DNA of 64,000 nucleotides from an uncultured Nitrospina sp. (GCA_964510965.1 CAZECX010000001.1:13582-77581), one strand, 5' to 3'; shown: positions 1 to 9,956, numbered from the stretch's first letter. Numbers and translations: made by a program. Notes: generated by a model not told the origin, from the letters alone.

Positions 1-350
1 AGACCCGAGGCCCCACGCAAACTAAGCTGAGGCTTGACTACCCAGAAGCGCGTACTTCGACGTAGAAATTTTTCTGAACCCTGAATGAAATCCACAGTTA
101 GAATGGTGTGCGAAAAATCGTCACTGAATTCAATTTTCTCAACGACCCCTATATCAACATTCTTGTATTTGACCTTGGTCTTGTCTACTTCAATGCCTTC
201 TGCGGTTTTAAAACTGATCGTCGCACGGGGGCCTTGTTCAGATAAAGTTTTTACGATCAGCCAACCGCCAACAAGAAAGGTGACTAAAGGAATCACCCAG
301 ACGATGGACGGTCCGGATTGTTTGCTGACTTTTGGGCTTGAAATTTCCAA
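1..350 (-). CDS. pqiB: PqiB/MCE-family protein, N-terminal part (gene runs off the left edge)
   Basis: Absent from the ORF track because it is truncated. My minus-strand translation from TTG 350-348 gives (M)EISSPKVSKQSGPSIVWVIPLVTFLVGGWLIVKTLSEQGPRATISFKTAEGIEVDKTKVKYKNVDIGVVEKIEF... This is a TM anchor followed by an MCE/MlaD-like domain, open to position 1. It lies immediately downstream of the pqiA stop (355-357). The start codon is uncertain. Confidence 0.6.
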   Translation of the reverse strand, partial: MEISSPKVSKQSGPSIVWVIPLVTFLVGGWLIVKTLSEQGPRATISFKTAEGIEVDKTKVKYKNVDIGVVEKIEFSDDFSHTILTVDFIQGSEKFLRRSTRFWVVKPQLSLRGASG

Positions 351-354
351 TGGT

Positions 355-1614
355 TTATTCTTTATTGTTGTTTTCTTTTACCTGATCCCATATCAGGCGC
401 GGATCAAAACTATGCGCTGCAAACATGGTGATAACTACTACGGCTGCAAAAAAGATTGCCCCTATTCCAGGACGAATCGTTGACAAAGCATCCAAACTAA
501 CCAAGGATGACAAAAGCCCAACCAGAAAGATATCCACCATGGACCAAGCCCCAACAACCTCCGTCACACGGTAAAGCAGGGTGCGGTCACGGGGACGCCA
601 GATGGATTTTTTTTGTACACTGATCAGTAAAAAAATAAGAATAATCAACTTCATTACCGGCACAACAATGCTGGCTACAAAAACGATCATGGCCAATCCC
701 CACATTCCCGACTCAATCAAATGCAACACCCCACTAAGGATCGTGCTGGGTTCCCCCTGGCCAAACCGGATCACGGTCATCACCGGATAAACATTTGCAG
801 GAATCAACATAACGAAAGCGGCGATCAGCAATGCCCAGGTGACTTCTAAACTATTGTGTTTTCTGTGGTGCAAAGGAGAGTAACACCGAATACAGTTTTG
901 GTTTTCGCCAGTGTGTCGACTTAAAAACCCGCAGGTATGGCAATTCAAAATTTTATGGCTGGCAAAGTCTTCTTTCGTTATCTCTGAGGAACGGTGATCT
1001 AATAATGACCATAGATCATGTGGATTGAAATTGGCCTGAGCAGCGGAATAAACCAAAAGCAATAGGGCCAGCGCAATCAGGCTGGGTCCTGTGACTACAT
1101 TTGCAAGGTCCTGCAACTTAACAATAGAGATCAATGCCCCGAGCATGAATACACCCACCAGGCTCCAGGGAGCTATACAATTTACGACACGGTATACCTG
1201 CGACATAAAGGGTGCAACTGTTCCTAAACGCGCCGGGATAAGCAAATAAAGCTTACCGACAATCACTATGAAGGGAAACAGGATGCTGGTTAAAAAAATG
1301 AGGGCACCCAGTTCACCCATTCCCAGTTCATACATTGCCCAACTGCTGGAAAATAGAATGTTCTCTACAACGCGACCTCCAAGTTCCAAAGACAAAAAAG
1401 GAAAAACATTGGCTATAAAAAAAAGTATCAAGGCCGTTAGATACAAGGCCAAACTGCGATTGATTGAATCTGGGATATGGCGGTAAAGCAAATTCCCACA
1501 ATGGTGACAATTGGCTTTGGCCCCTACGGGGATTACTTCATAAGAATAGAAATGATCGCACTCGTGACAGGCAATAATTTTTCCCGTTAGGCTTTCGGCC
1601 ATCATTTTCTCCAC
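355..1614 (-). CDS. pqiA: Paraquat-inducible protein A family integral membrane protein
   Basis: 419 aa with two homologous halves. Each half opens with paired CxxC motifs (CHECDHF..CHHCGN and CHTCGF..CIRCYS) followed by TM helices, and an MCE gene follows. The ORF-track start is GTG 1614; ATG at 1602 has better spacing to the GGAG. Confidence 0.8.
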   Translation of the reverse strand: MEKMMAESLTGKIIACHECDHFYSYEVIPVGAKANCHHCGNLLYRHIPDSINRSLALYLTALILFFIANVFPFLSLELGGRVVENILFSSSWAMYELGMGELGALIFLTSILFPFIVIVGKLYLLIPARLGTVAPFMSQVYRVVNCIAPWSLVGVFMLGALISIVKLQDLANVVTGPSLIALALLLLVYSAAQANFNPHDLWSLLDHRSSEITKEDFASHKILNCHTCGFLSRHTGENQNCIRCYSPLHHRKHNSLEVTWALLIAAFVMLIPANVYPVMTVIRFGQGEPSTILSGVLHLIESGMWGLAMIVFVASIVVPVMKLIILIFLLISVQKKSIWRPRDRTLLYRVTEVVGAWSMVDIFLVGLLSSLVSLDALSTIRPGIGAIFFAAVVVITMFAAHSFDPRLIWDQVKENNNKE

Positions 1615-1895
1615 TTCCAGAATTTTAGTCAGAAACCGTAATTTTTCTGGAAGTTACAATTTTTCAAGTTGTTAAAAAAAGGGACTTTAGGAATGCTAGA
1701 CAGAAACGGCACTTAAGTCAATACAGTAAATGATATTAGGTGGATGAAAGATAGGGAGAAATAAAATATTTTTTTACATGGATATCCACTAAATGGAATC
1801 AGTTTCATGGAGGAGGGATAGGTCATTTATTGAACAAGTTGCCGCTAGCAGTAGGGTTAGCCCTTATTTTGTTTGGTTAGTTGGAAAATCGCGAT

Positions 1896-2753
1896 TCAGG
1901 GTTCGAACAGACAGTCAAAAGCCAAGAGCCCTATCTTGGCCTGGTCAATAAAAAAAGCTAATTCATCATCAGTAATTCCGGTTTTTTTAATAAAGTCTTC
2001 ACTTGAAGCCTCTTGATACTGGCTCGTTATTGGACGTGAGATGCCATGTTCATTCGCAAGGTTATTTGCAGCACCGAGAATTTCATTTAACGTGACCTCC
2101 TTACCTTCATATTCCTTATGGTGACTTGCAACCGCTCCTAAAATAATAGGTGGCAATTTCCACCATTTTTCTAAAAACATTGAGCCTAATTCCTGGTGCT
2201 CAATTCCAAATGTTGCCCGTTCCAAAGTCTCCACAGGCTGATCTGAATTACTGATATCTTTAGCATGCAAAAATTCATTGTATTCTTCTGGAACCAGGGT
2301 ATCAAAAACCAGGATTCCAACATCATGCATCAATCCTGCTAAAAAACTTGCATCCAGAGAGTTTTGATCATTCAACAGTTTATTTGTCAACATGCGGGTA
2401 AGGTAACCAACAGCTAAACAATGTCTCCAGAATTGATTTTGGTCGAACGATTTTGTTTTGTGAAACGCTTTGGGAATTTGGACACTATAACAAAGATCAA
2501 GAACCATCTTTATTCCCAACCGTACGATTGCATCTTCGATCCCATCGGCTTTTTCGCGTCCTCCGCCAAAATAAACATTATTCGACAGAGTGATTAGTTT
2601 TCCCGTTAAAACCATATCGGCTTTAATCAATCTATGGATATCATCTACATTGCAGTCCGGATCATTGATTAACCTTTGTAGCTCCAGAAGAACTTTCGGC
2701 AGAGGAGGGAGATCGCCTTTCTGCTGCAATAAGTCCAAGATTTTATCTCTCAT
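1896..2753 (-). CDS. HDOD domain signalling protein
   Basis: 285 aa. The N-terminal LPPLPKVLLELQRLINDP..., the GIKMVLDL segment and GLMHDVGILVF are typical of HDOD (a degenerate HD fold). Confidence 0.7.
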   Translation of the reverse strand: MRDKILDLLQQKGDLPPLPKVLLELQRLINDPDCNVDDIHRLIKADMVLTGKLITLSNNVYFGGGREKADGIEDAIVRLGIKMVLDLCYSVQIPKAFHKTKSFDQNQFWRHCLAVGYLTRMLTNKLLNDQNSLDASFLAGLMHDVGILVFDTLVPEEYNEFLHAKDISNSDQPVETLERATFGIEHQELGSMFLEKWWKLPPIILGAVASHHKEYEGKEVTLNEILGAANNLANEHGISRPITSQYQEASSEDFIKKTGITDDELAFFIDQAKIGLLAFDCLFEP

Positions 2754-3048
2754 AATTTAAACCTTCCGCAGGTTTTCAGTTCAATTGGAGACTTTCAATA
2801 GTATTTCAGTGGCCCGATATTGTCAAATTAGGGGGTATCAAAGAACTAAAGGTAATCACAAAACTGCTAAATGCGGCACATCAGCAAACACCCTTGATAA
2901 AAACGTTTTTTATGTAATTTGAAAAATTCTACTACTGGTAAATGGAATATTTATTAATGGATTTTCAAAAATTGAGAGAAATGGTATATTGAACCTATAT
3001 AGCGCAAACATTGAAAGGCTATCTGCAACCTTTTTGAGGATGACGACT

Positions 3049-3405
3049 ATGAAAAAACTACTTGTTATTATCAGCGTGTTGGCTCTCATTTGGGTTCCCT
3101 TGACCGCAATTGCGGGAGAAGGCCCCATGAAACTGCCTGCCGGATCGAACAAATCAGCGGATATGCACAATAATGCAGGAATAGGCAATTGGAATGAGAA
3201 AAACTATGAGGGAGCACTCGGACATTTCCAGGAAGCTTCCCAAGCCGATTCCTCCATCGCCGAAACCCACTTTAACGAGGCAGTCACTTTGGACAAACTA
3301 GGTCGGCACGGCGAGGCCACAATGCATTTTAAAGCGGCCAAAAAACACGCCAAGGGAAACGATAAGATTTTGAAATCACCGATTTTAAACGGACACATAA
3401 ATTAG
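3049..3405 (+). CDS. Small secreted TPR-like protein (paralog 1)
   Basis: ATG 3049 lies 8 nt after GAGGA. The signal peptide MKKLLVIISVLALIWVPLTAIA is followed by one TPR-like helical hairpin (YEGALGHFQEASQADSSIAETHFNEAVTLDKLGRHGEA). It is a paralog of 3713-4087. Confidence 0.6.
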   Translation: MKKLLVIISVLALIWVPLTAIAGEGPMKLPAGSNKSADMHNNAGIGNWNEKNYEGALGHFQEASQADSSIAETHFNEAVTLDKLGRHGEATMHFKAAKKHAKGNDKILKSPILNGHIN

Positions 3406-3712
3406 CGTCGGCTTTCAATTTACGATGATGATATCTTGATCTGACATATCCTTGCTCCTCAAGGCTCGGACTATTAAATCAGCAAAGGCTTCCATATCTT
3501 TCAGCTAGTTGAGCATCAAATATTGTAAGGATTTCGCCAATTAAACGACAGCCATATTATATTTTTTAGGTTTAAATCAGGTGATTTATTGATGTACTAT
3601 TTAACCACGAATAAGCAACTACAGCGGAGATTCGCTTTATCACTTAATTGGGGAAGGTTTTTGAATAATAGTTCGAGTTAAATTTTTTATCTATACTTTG
3701 AAGGAGTTAGCG

Positions 3713-4087
3713 ATGAAAAGATTATCTTTTGTTTTAGCTTTATTCTTTATTGCATCGATGTCTTCGTTGGCGTTTGCTGCAGATCCTGCATTAAAATTCC
3801 CTAGTGGTGCAAATGCAGAAGCAAACAAACATAATGAAGAAGGCATTTCTCATTACAATCAAGGACATTTTGATGTTGCTTTAAAACACTTTCAAGTGGC
3901 TTCCAAAATTGATTCAAGTATCGGAGAATCACATTACAACGAAGCCCTTTGCCTGGATGCCCTAGACCGCCACGGAGATGCAACCAATCATTTCTATGCA
4001 GCAAGGAAGCATGCCAATGGAAATGCAGCAATTCTAAAATCTGGGATTCTTAACGCTCATGCTCCAATGAAAAGGGAAGGTTCTTAA
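3713..4087 (+). CDS. Small secreted TPR-like protein (paralog 2)
   Basis: ATG 3713 lies 6 nt after AAGGAG. Signal peptide MKRLSFVLALFFIASMSSLAFA. It aligns gap-free with the upstream paralog, with roughly half the positions identical by eye. Confidence 0.6.
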   Translation: MKRLSFVLALFFIASMSSLAFAADPALKFPSGANAEANKHNEEGISHYNQGHFDVALKHFQVASKIDSSIGESHYNEALCLDALDRHGDATNHFYAARKHANGNAAILKSGILNAHAPMKREGS

Positions 4088-4110
4088 TAACAGGGAAATA
4101 GCGTAAACAG

Positions 4111-4146
4111 AAAAACCCGGATCCCTTTAAGGGATCCGGGTTTTTT
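4111..4146. terminator. Bidirectional rho-independent terminator
   Basis: aaaaa-CCCGGATCCC-tttaa-GGGATCCGGG-tttttt: a perfect 10-bp GC-rich stem flanked by an A-run and a T-run. It lies between the convergent genes 3713-4087(+) and 4172-4342(-). Confidence 0.75.
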
Positions 4147-4171
4147 ATTTCCATAAATATTAAGGACCGCT

Positions 4172-4342
4172 CTAATTAGAACCCTTGGTTTCTTCGACCC
4201 CCATTTTTTTCAACTGTTCCTTGGTCAAACCTTTACCTGCGTCAGAACTTCCGCCACTGGAAGCACCGCCAGTCGGAGCACCTGCACAACTAGTTAAAAC
4301 AAACATTATTACCAACGCATAAAACAACATTTTTGTTTTCAT
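4172..4342 (-). CDS. Small Gly/Ser-rich lipoprotein
   Basis: ATG 4342 lies 5 nt after GGAGGA. MKTKMLFYALVIMFVLTSC carries a lipobox (L-T-S-C) and is followed by a GGASSGGSS linker. Confidence 0.5.
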   Translation of the reverse strand: MKTKMLFYALVIMFVLTSCAGAPTGGASSGGSSDAGKGLTKEQLKKMGVEETKGSN

Positions 4343-4556
4343 CCCCATCCTCCAAGTTTTTGCCAATTAATATCTATTGCTTAAAGTTTACCTCATATAA
4401 TTAATTTTTTACCATTTTTTTGTTTTTCTGGAATATCCCACGTTTCCATTCAAATGAGATAACATTAGAGGCCTAATCCAAGAGGATACGCCTTTTTCCA
4501 TACTATTATGCTATCCTTACATCTATAAAATCACTTGAATCCAGAGGTTATATGCT

Positions 4557-5081
4557 ATGAAAAATTGGTTCATGCTTGCATTAGTGGGGCCAGATCAACC
4601 CAGCATTGTCGCGAAATTGAGCGCGGGGCTTTGCAAAAACGGCTGCAACCTTGGCGAATCCTCTATGGGGCGTCTTGGAAATTATTTTACCATTATGTTG
4701 ATGATCGAGCATGAAGGTGATAAAAATTCACTCCAAACAATCATTTCATCTGTTTGTGAACCCCTGAACCTCGATTCTCACCTTGTAGAACTTAAAGATG
4801 GCCATCAGCAGCACTTTGAGCCGGATGTTCGAATCAGCTTATTTGCGGAAGACCGAATGGGAGTGGTAGAGGATGCCACGGTTTCCCTGGCAAATGCAGG
4901 ACTAAATATTCTACATCTTGAATCCAACCTTGGCGAAGACTGTAAAGCGGGAACCTATTATATTCATCTGGAGGGTACGCTGTCACAGGGGTTAACTTCA
5001 ATTTATCAGGTTTTAGAAAGACTGGAAGAAGAGAAGGGAATAAAATCCCATCTCATCCCGATAAACGCACAAGTTTCTTAA
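4557..5081 (+). CDS. Tandem ACT-domain protein (GcvR-like)
   Basis: 174 aa. Two ACT-like units (LALVGPDQPSIVAKLSAGLCKNGCNL... and ISLFAEDRMGVVEDATVSLANAGLNIL...) arranged as in the glycine-cleavage regulator GcvR family. Confidence 0.55.
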   Translation: MKNWFMLALVGPDQPSIVAKLSAGLCKNGCNLGESSMGRLGNYFTIMLMIEHEGDKNSLQTIISSVCEPLNLDSHLVELKDGHQQHFEPDVRISLFAEDRMGVVEDATVSLANAGLNILHLESNLGEDCKAGTYYIHLEGTLSQGLTSIYQVLERLEEEKGIKSHLIPINAQVS

Positions 5082-5120
5082 AAGTAGGGTTTACTAAAAA
5101 ATAAAGGCAGGAATAAAAAC

Positions 5121-6128
5121 TTAAACGAGGGTATCGGCCCCACCACCAATAATAAGTTTGCCGTCTTCTTCCAGTTTCTTACATACTGCAATAATTTTCT
5201 GCTGGGCTTTTTCAACTTCACTTATTTTTGTCGGCCCCAAAGACTCCAAGTCTTCTTTAAGCATCAATGCGGCACGTTCAGACATATTGGTGAACAACTT
5301 TTCTTTTAGGTCATCGGTAGCGGTTTTCAAAGCGATCAGGAGATCTTCCTGATTGATTTCTTTCATAATCATCTGAATACCGTTATCGTCAATTTTGAGT
5401 ATATCCTCAAAAGTAAATCGCAGGTTTCGGATTTCATTTGCGAGATCAGGGTCCACTTCATCCATAGAAGTGAGAATGGATGTTTCTGTGGTACGGTCTA
5501 AAGAACCCATTACAGCAGCTGCAACTTCAACACCTCCAAGTTTATTGCCTGAAACCGCACCAGATGTCCTGAATTCAGCCTGCAAGGCTTCATCCAAATC
5601 ACGAATAACCGCGGGCGCTACTCGTTCAAGAGTGGCGAGTCGATGAACAATTTCCATTCGGTTTTCTTCAGGAAGCTCACGGATGGTCAAGCTCGCCACA
5701 GGAGGATCAAGGTGTGCCAGAATGATCGCCGCAGTTTGCGGATGTTCATTTTCCACAAATGTAGAAATGATTTTAGGATCGAGCATACGAACGGTTTCCA
5801 AACCACCGCCCATTTCTTCTCCGGGAGTTGTAATATTATTTAAAATTTCTGTTGCCTTGGCAGGGTCCATCGCTTGCATTAGTGCCGTTTTTAGAAATTC
5901 AACTCCCCCAACACCCAAACCTCCTCCACCGGACTCAACCAATTCATAAAATTCTTTGTTTACCATGTCCATAACCTGCGTATCCACATCCCCGAGTGCA
6001 GACATATAATTTCCCACGCTCTGAATTTCACGTTCATCAAGGTTGGCTAAAACCTGTGCCGCCGTTTCTTCACCCAGAGTCATTAATAGAATTGCTGCTT
6101 TTTCGGGTCCTGTGTATTTTCTTGCCAT
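5121..6128 (-). CDS. fliG: Flagellar motor switch protein FliG
   Basis: 335 aa. GPEKAAILLMTLGEE N-terminus, EHPQTAAIILAHL motif, and a C-terminal torque-helix region MSERAALMLKEDLESLGP with conserved charges. Confidence 0.85.
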   Translation of the reverse strand: MARKYTGPEKAAILLMTLGEETAAQVLANLDEREIQSVGNYMSALGDVDTQVMDMVNKEFYELVESGGGGLGVGGVEFLKTALMQAMDPAKATEILNNITTPGEEMGGGLETVRMLDPKIISTFVENEHPQTAAIILAHLDPPVASLTIRELPEENRMEIVHRLATLERVAPAVIRDLDEALQAEFRTSGAVSGNKLGGVEVAAAVMGSLDRTTETSILTSMDEVDPDLANEIRNLRFTFEDILKIDDNGIQMIMKEINQEDLLIALKTATDDLKEKLFTNMSERAALMLKEDLESLGPTKISEVEKAQQKIIAVCKKLEEDGKLIIGGGADTLV

Positions 6129-6286
6129 GGTCTTTTAATTCTTTTCCGTGAATTATTATTACAATATTACTCTCAGCCTTCCGAGTGTCAATATCAAACC
6201 GCGATCAAACTCATCTTAGAGCAAAATTGTGTTTCCCGGCATCTTCCCGACACCTTGAAAACTTTTAAATAAAACAGTTTATGCGG

Positions 6287-6314
6287 TTGCCGCATCTCCA
6301 CAAAATTGTATAAT
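6287..6314 (+). promoter_or_regulatory. Candidate sigma70-type promoter with extended -10
   Basis: TTGCCG (6287-6292), 16-nt spacer, TG-n-TATAAT (-10 hexamer at 6309-6314), about 58 nt upstream of the 6373 ATG. Sequence pattern only. Confidence 0.35.
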
Positions 6315-6372
6315 CGCAAATAAATGCTTGGCTTATGCGACTTATCGTCCAATTATCTAAATAATTTAGCCC

Positions 6373-6726
6373 ATGAATTTAAAAACTGCAGATTTCTTTA
6401 TTGGGACCTTTTCAGGTGCTGTAATGGCATTTTGTACTCACCTGGTTGTTTCCCCAGAATTAAATATGTTCCTTGGAATGGTTTTAGGTGGTTTTACAGG
6501 AATGGGTTTGATGCTGTTTCTAATGCTTATATTAATGCCCTTCGTTGGCGCCTTCGAAGTAATGATTCCCCTCCATATAAATGGAATGTTTGTAGGAATG
6601 TCCGCAGGAATGTTAGCCACCCTCCCCTCGATACTGTCCTATGAAATTACCTTGGGTGGAGCAGGGATCGGTTTATTCGTATCCATATACATATATTTTT
6701 CCAACAAGTTCCTAACTCAATCATGA
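6373..6726 (+). CDS. Small Met-rich integral membrane protein
   Basis: 117 aa, about 4 hydrophobic helices, 12 Met by my count. Its stop overlaps the next start (ATGA at 6723-6726). Confidence 0.5.
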   Translation: MNLKTADFFIGTFSGAVMAFCTHLVVSPELNMFLGMVLGGFTGMGLMLFLMLILMPFVGAFEVMIPLHINGMFVGMSAGMLATLPSILSYEITLGGAGIGLFVSIYIYFSNKFLTQS

Positions 6727-7331
6727 AATCCAAAAAGCAGTCCTATGATCGAGTCGCAAAAGTATTCGACTTTTTAAGAGCCGGTGATATGCGACGTTGG
6801 GAAATCCATCAGAAATCGTTATTCGAACATCTGGCAGGAAAAGTACTCTATGTTGGAACAGGAACGGGACAGGAGACCGTTAACTTTCCTCCAGACCTGG
6901 ATATCACTGCCATCGACCTCAGCTATGCAATGCTCGAACGATCCAAAGTAAGAGTTAAAAACTATCCGGGGAATATAAACCTATGCCAAATGGATGCGGA
7001 AACTTCTGCTTTTCGGGAGAACACTTTTGATACTGTGGTGACCGTCTGCGTTCTTTGCACAGTGAAACACCCTATCGTTTACCTGGAAGAAATAAAAAGA
7101 GTTCTAAAACCCGAAGGCAAACTGATTATGTTCGAACATGTGCTAAGCAAAAATCCGCTTTATGCCCTTGCCCTGAAAACAATGTCTAATTTTACGGAAC
7201 GATTGGAAGGAACTTATCTTGACCGAAATACCGTAAACAATGCCGAGAAAGCGGGATTCGAAATCCTTTCCCATAAAAACGTATATCTGGACATCGTTAA
7301 AGCACTGGTTGCAAAACCAGTGCAGCAGTGA
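6723..7331 (+). CDS. Class I SAM-dependent methyltransferase
   Basis: 202 aa. SAM motif I VLYVGTGTGQE, followed by DLSYAML, and post-I/II spacing typical of Methyltransf_11-type enzymes. Confidence 0.75.
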   Translation: MKSKKQSYDRVAKVFDFLRAGDMRRWEIHQKSLFEHLAGKVLYVGTGTGQETVNFPPDLDITAIDLSYAMLERSKVRVKNYPGNINLCQMDAETSAFRENTFDTVVTVCVLCTVKHPIVYLEEIKRVLKPEGKLIMFEHVLSKNPLYALALKTMSNFTERLEGTYLDRNTVNNAEKAGFEILSHKNVYLDIVKALVAKPVQQ

Positions 7332-7401
7332 GGAAACCCGATAGGTAAGATTGCGAGGAATAAAGCGTAGTAAGCCCGAGAAGTTTTTTTCTCTTAATGA
7401 C

Positions 7402-8754
7402 CTAATCTTTTTTTGGTTCTTCTTTATAAAATTCAAACTCGCAGCTGGAATAAATAAAATTCATAGTCTTTTGCCCCAACAATTTGGTAGTCGTTTGACT
7501 CAGGGACTCAGGATTCGACATAATTCGTTTTTGAATGTCTTCAATCTTTTGTTTGGTTTGCTCTGCCAACAATTCATACTCGGCTTCCATATCCTGTTGC
7601 GTGATATGAATATTCTCAGCCTGCGCAATCGATTCCAAGGCCATATATCCTTTGGTATTGAAGATGGCTTTTTCTCGCCATTCCTTCTGTGCTTTTTCAG
7701 GCTCAAATCCAGAATCTTCAATCTTCATACCCGATTGCGCGATTTGAAATTTCATCCCTTCAATCATAAATTTCAGTTCACGCTCTATAATTGATTCCGG
7801 CGGCATAGCATCCGTTTCTTTAACAAGCATATTGAAAATATCTTCTTTAACTTTGAGTTCCTCTTGCTGATCTTTATGGCTTTGAAGATCTACTTTAATC
7901 GCGCGGCGCAGATCATCAACCGTATCAAAACCTTCTCTCTTGGCAATTTCAGTCGTCAATTCAGGAAGACTCAGTTGTTTAACTTCTTTGAGTTTAATCT
8001 TAAATGTAGCCCTGTCATCTTCCTGCTCTTCATTTGCACCAGGAATTGGAAAACTCATTCGCCGCGTTTTATTATTCCAGTTGGGCGGAAGTATCACCTT
8101 GATCTCAAACTCTTCCCCCGCCTTATGACCAATCAACTGATCTTCAAAACCGTCCAGCATTTTCTTTTCACCAATTCTAAGCTCAAAGTCATCAGCCTTT
8201 TCATTTTCCATCGGCTGATCATCAACATATCCCTGAAAATCTATCTTTAAAATATCCCCTTTTGCGGCAACATAATCTGTTGGCATTACCTCCAATGAAC
8301 CGTGACGGCTTAGAACTTTTTCAAAAGTCTCTTTTACTTCTTCGTCCGTGACAACAGCTTCCTTCTTTTTGAATTTCAAGCCTTTGTAATTCTTTATTTG
8401 TATCTCAGGCTTTATATCCAAGATCACTGAAAACTTTAAGGGCTCATTCCTCTTAATATCCTGCAATCCTGCATGGTCAATTTCCGGTTGACCCGTGGGA
8501 CGAAGTCCAGTTTTATGAAGAGCTTCTTCATAGTATTCCTGCATTAAATCCTGAAACATTTGCCCAAAAGATTGCATGGGGACCTGTTTTTCAAGAACCT
8601 TTTGTGGAATTTTCCCAGGTCGAAACCCCGGCATCTTCATTTCCCGATTCAACTGCTTATAAGCATCATTGACTCGTTTGGAGACCTCCTCCTCCGGGAT
8701 GGTGATATTTAATTTGCGTTTCAGCTCTTCTAATTCTTCAACATCGTATTCCAT
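7402..8754 (-). CDS. tig: Trigger factor
   Basis: 450 aa. N-terminal ribosome-binding signature GFRPGKIP, a central FKBP-like region and a C-terminal helical arm. Confidence 0.9.
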   Translation of the reverse strand: MEYDVEELEELKRKLNITIPEEEVSKRVNDAYKQLNREMKMPGFRPGKIPQKVLEKQVPMQSFGQMFQDLMQEYYEEALHKTGLRPTGQPEIDHAGLQDIKRNEPLKFSVILDIKPEIQIKNYKGLKFKKKEAVVTDEEVKETFEKVLSRHGSLEVMPTDYVAAKGDILKIDFQGYVDDQPMENEKADDFELRIGEKKMLDGFEDQLIGHKAGEEFEIKVILPPNWNNKTRRMSFPIPGANEEQEDDRATFKIKLKEVKQLSLPELTTEIAKREGFDTVDDLRRAIKVDLQSHKDQQEELKVKEDIFNMLVKETDAMPPESIIERELKFMIEGMKFQIAQSGMKIEDSGFEPEKAQKEWREKAIFNTKGYMALESIAQAENIHITQQDMEAEYELLAEQTKQKIEDIQKRIMSNPESLSQTTTKLLGQKTMNFIYSSCEFEFYKEEPKKD

Positions 8755-8795
8755 TTCAAAACCTTTATATATTTTTGCGAATGCTCAATTAGCTA

Positions 8796-9956
8796 TTACC
8801 CTATTTCCACAGGGAGTGGCCCGGTGCCAAATTTCTCGAGTATCATTTGATCGATTTCTTTTTTTAATTGCCCCAGAATTTCCTCATAGGAAAAAGATCC
8901 CAGAGTTTCCGTACCTTTTTTCAAATTAACATGTGTCGGACCACACCACATTCCCAAATCAGCATCATCCGTTTCCCCCGGCCCATTTACTCTGCAACCC
9001 ATTACAGCAATCGTCAGCTTATATTTTTCCGCATACTCTGTCATTTTGCGAACATCCTGAGCCAAATCGACAAACTTATCGTTTTCAACTCGGGAACAAC
9101 TGGGGCAAGCTATGATATTCAATCCATCCAGAAAATTTTCTGGTACGGAGCGGAACCTACCGTTCGCAATATCGTCCAGAAGCTCTCGACCGACATCTAT
9201 TTCCTGGCCCTTGTCATCGTTTGGCAAAGTTAGAGAGACGCGGATAGTATCGCCAATTCCAGCCGAGATCAACTGCTCAAACGCGATTCTGGTTTTGATG
9301 ATGCCTTCCGGCGGAAGCCCTGCCTCCGTAACACCTAAGTGCAAAGGAACATCGGGCCTTTCTGCGGCAAACCGACGATTGGCATCGATCACTTTGGCAG
9401 AATCAGAATCTTTGAGCGAAACACAATAATTTTCAAATTTCATCTCATCGAGCATCTCGCAATGATCCACAGCACACCGCACCATGGCCTCGGTGGAGTC
9501 GTCTTTGTATCTCTCTTTATAATCCGGGTCGACAGAACCGCAGTTGACTCCAATTCGAAGGGCGCAATCATTTTCCCTTGCTGCCTCAACAATAAATTCA
9601 ACTTTTTCGCGAATGGATTTTGCTTTCTCAAGATGAAAAAGGTGGCCGGGATTATATCGAATCTTATTCACCCAGGGAGCAACAATGGGAGCAAGTTTAT
9701 AATTCTCCTGCAAATCCACAGACCATGTGCTATCGGGAAATTTTTTCCGCAATTCTTTGAGTGCTTCTACATCTTTTTCGCTATCCACTGCGATTCGTAT
9801 GACATCTGCATTGGCTTTTTCCAGTACTTCTATCTGCCTTGCAGTTGCAGTCAAATCCTGAGTTTGCGTCGCTGCCATACTTTGAACGGCTATGGGAGAG
9901 TCTCCTCCAATCACCAATTTGCCAATACGAATTTTTCGTGTTTTTCTTTGATTCAT
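8796..9956 (-). CDS. ispG: 4-hydroxy-3-methylbut-2-enyl diphosphate synthase
   Basis: [21 protein letters not shown]-terminus, C-terminal Fe-S cysteines ([21 protein letters not shown]). I prefer ATG 9956 (MNQRKTRK, preceded by AGGAAAG) to the ORF-track start at 9995. Confidence 0.9.
   Translation of the reverse strand: MNQRKTRKIRIGKLVIGGDSPIAVQSMAATQTQDLTATARQIEVLEKANADVIRIAVDSEKDVEALKELRKKFPDSTWSVDLQENYKLAPIVAPWVNKIRYNPGHLFHLEKAKSIREKVEFIVEAARENDCALRIGVNCGSVDPDYKERYKDDSTEAMVRCAVDHCEMLDEMKFENYCVSLKDSDSAKVIDANRRFAAERPDVPLHLGVTEAGLPPEGIIKTRIAFEQLISAGIGDTIRVSLTLPNDDKGQEIDVGRELLDDIANGRFRSVPENFLDGLNIIACPSCSRVENDKFVDLAQDVRKMTEYAEKYKLTIAVMGCRVNGPGETDDADLGMWCGPTHVNLKKGTETLGSFSYEEILGQLKKEIDQMILEKFGTGPLPVEIG

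Noticed and set aside
85-483. 132-aa plus-strand ORF at the left edge
   Set aside because: It lies antisense to the pqiB N-terminus and pqiA C-terminus, which have clear family signatures. It has no motif of its own and is a shadow ORF.
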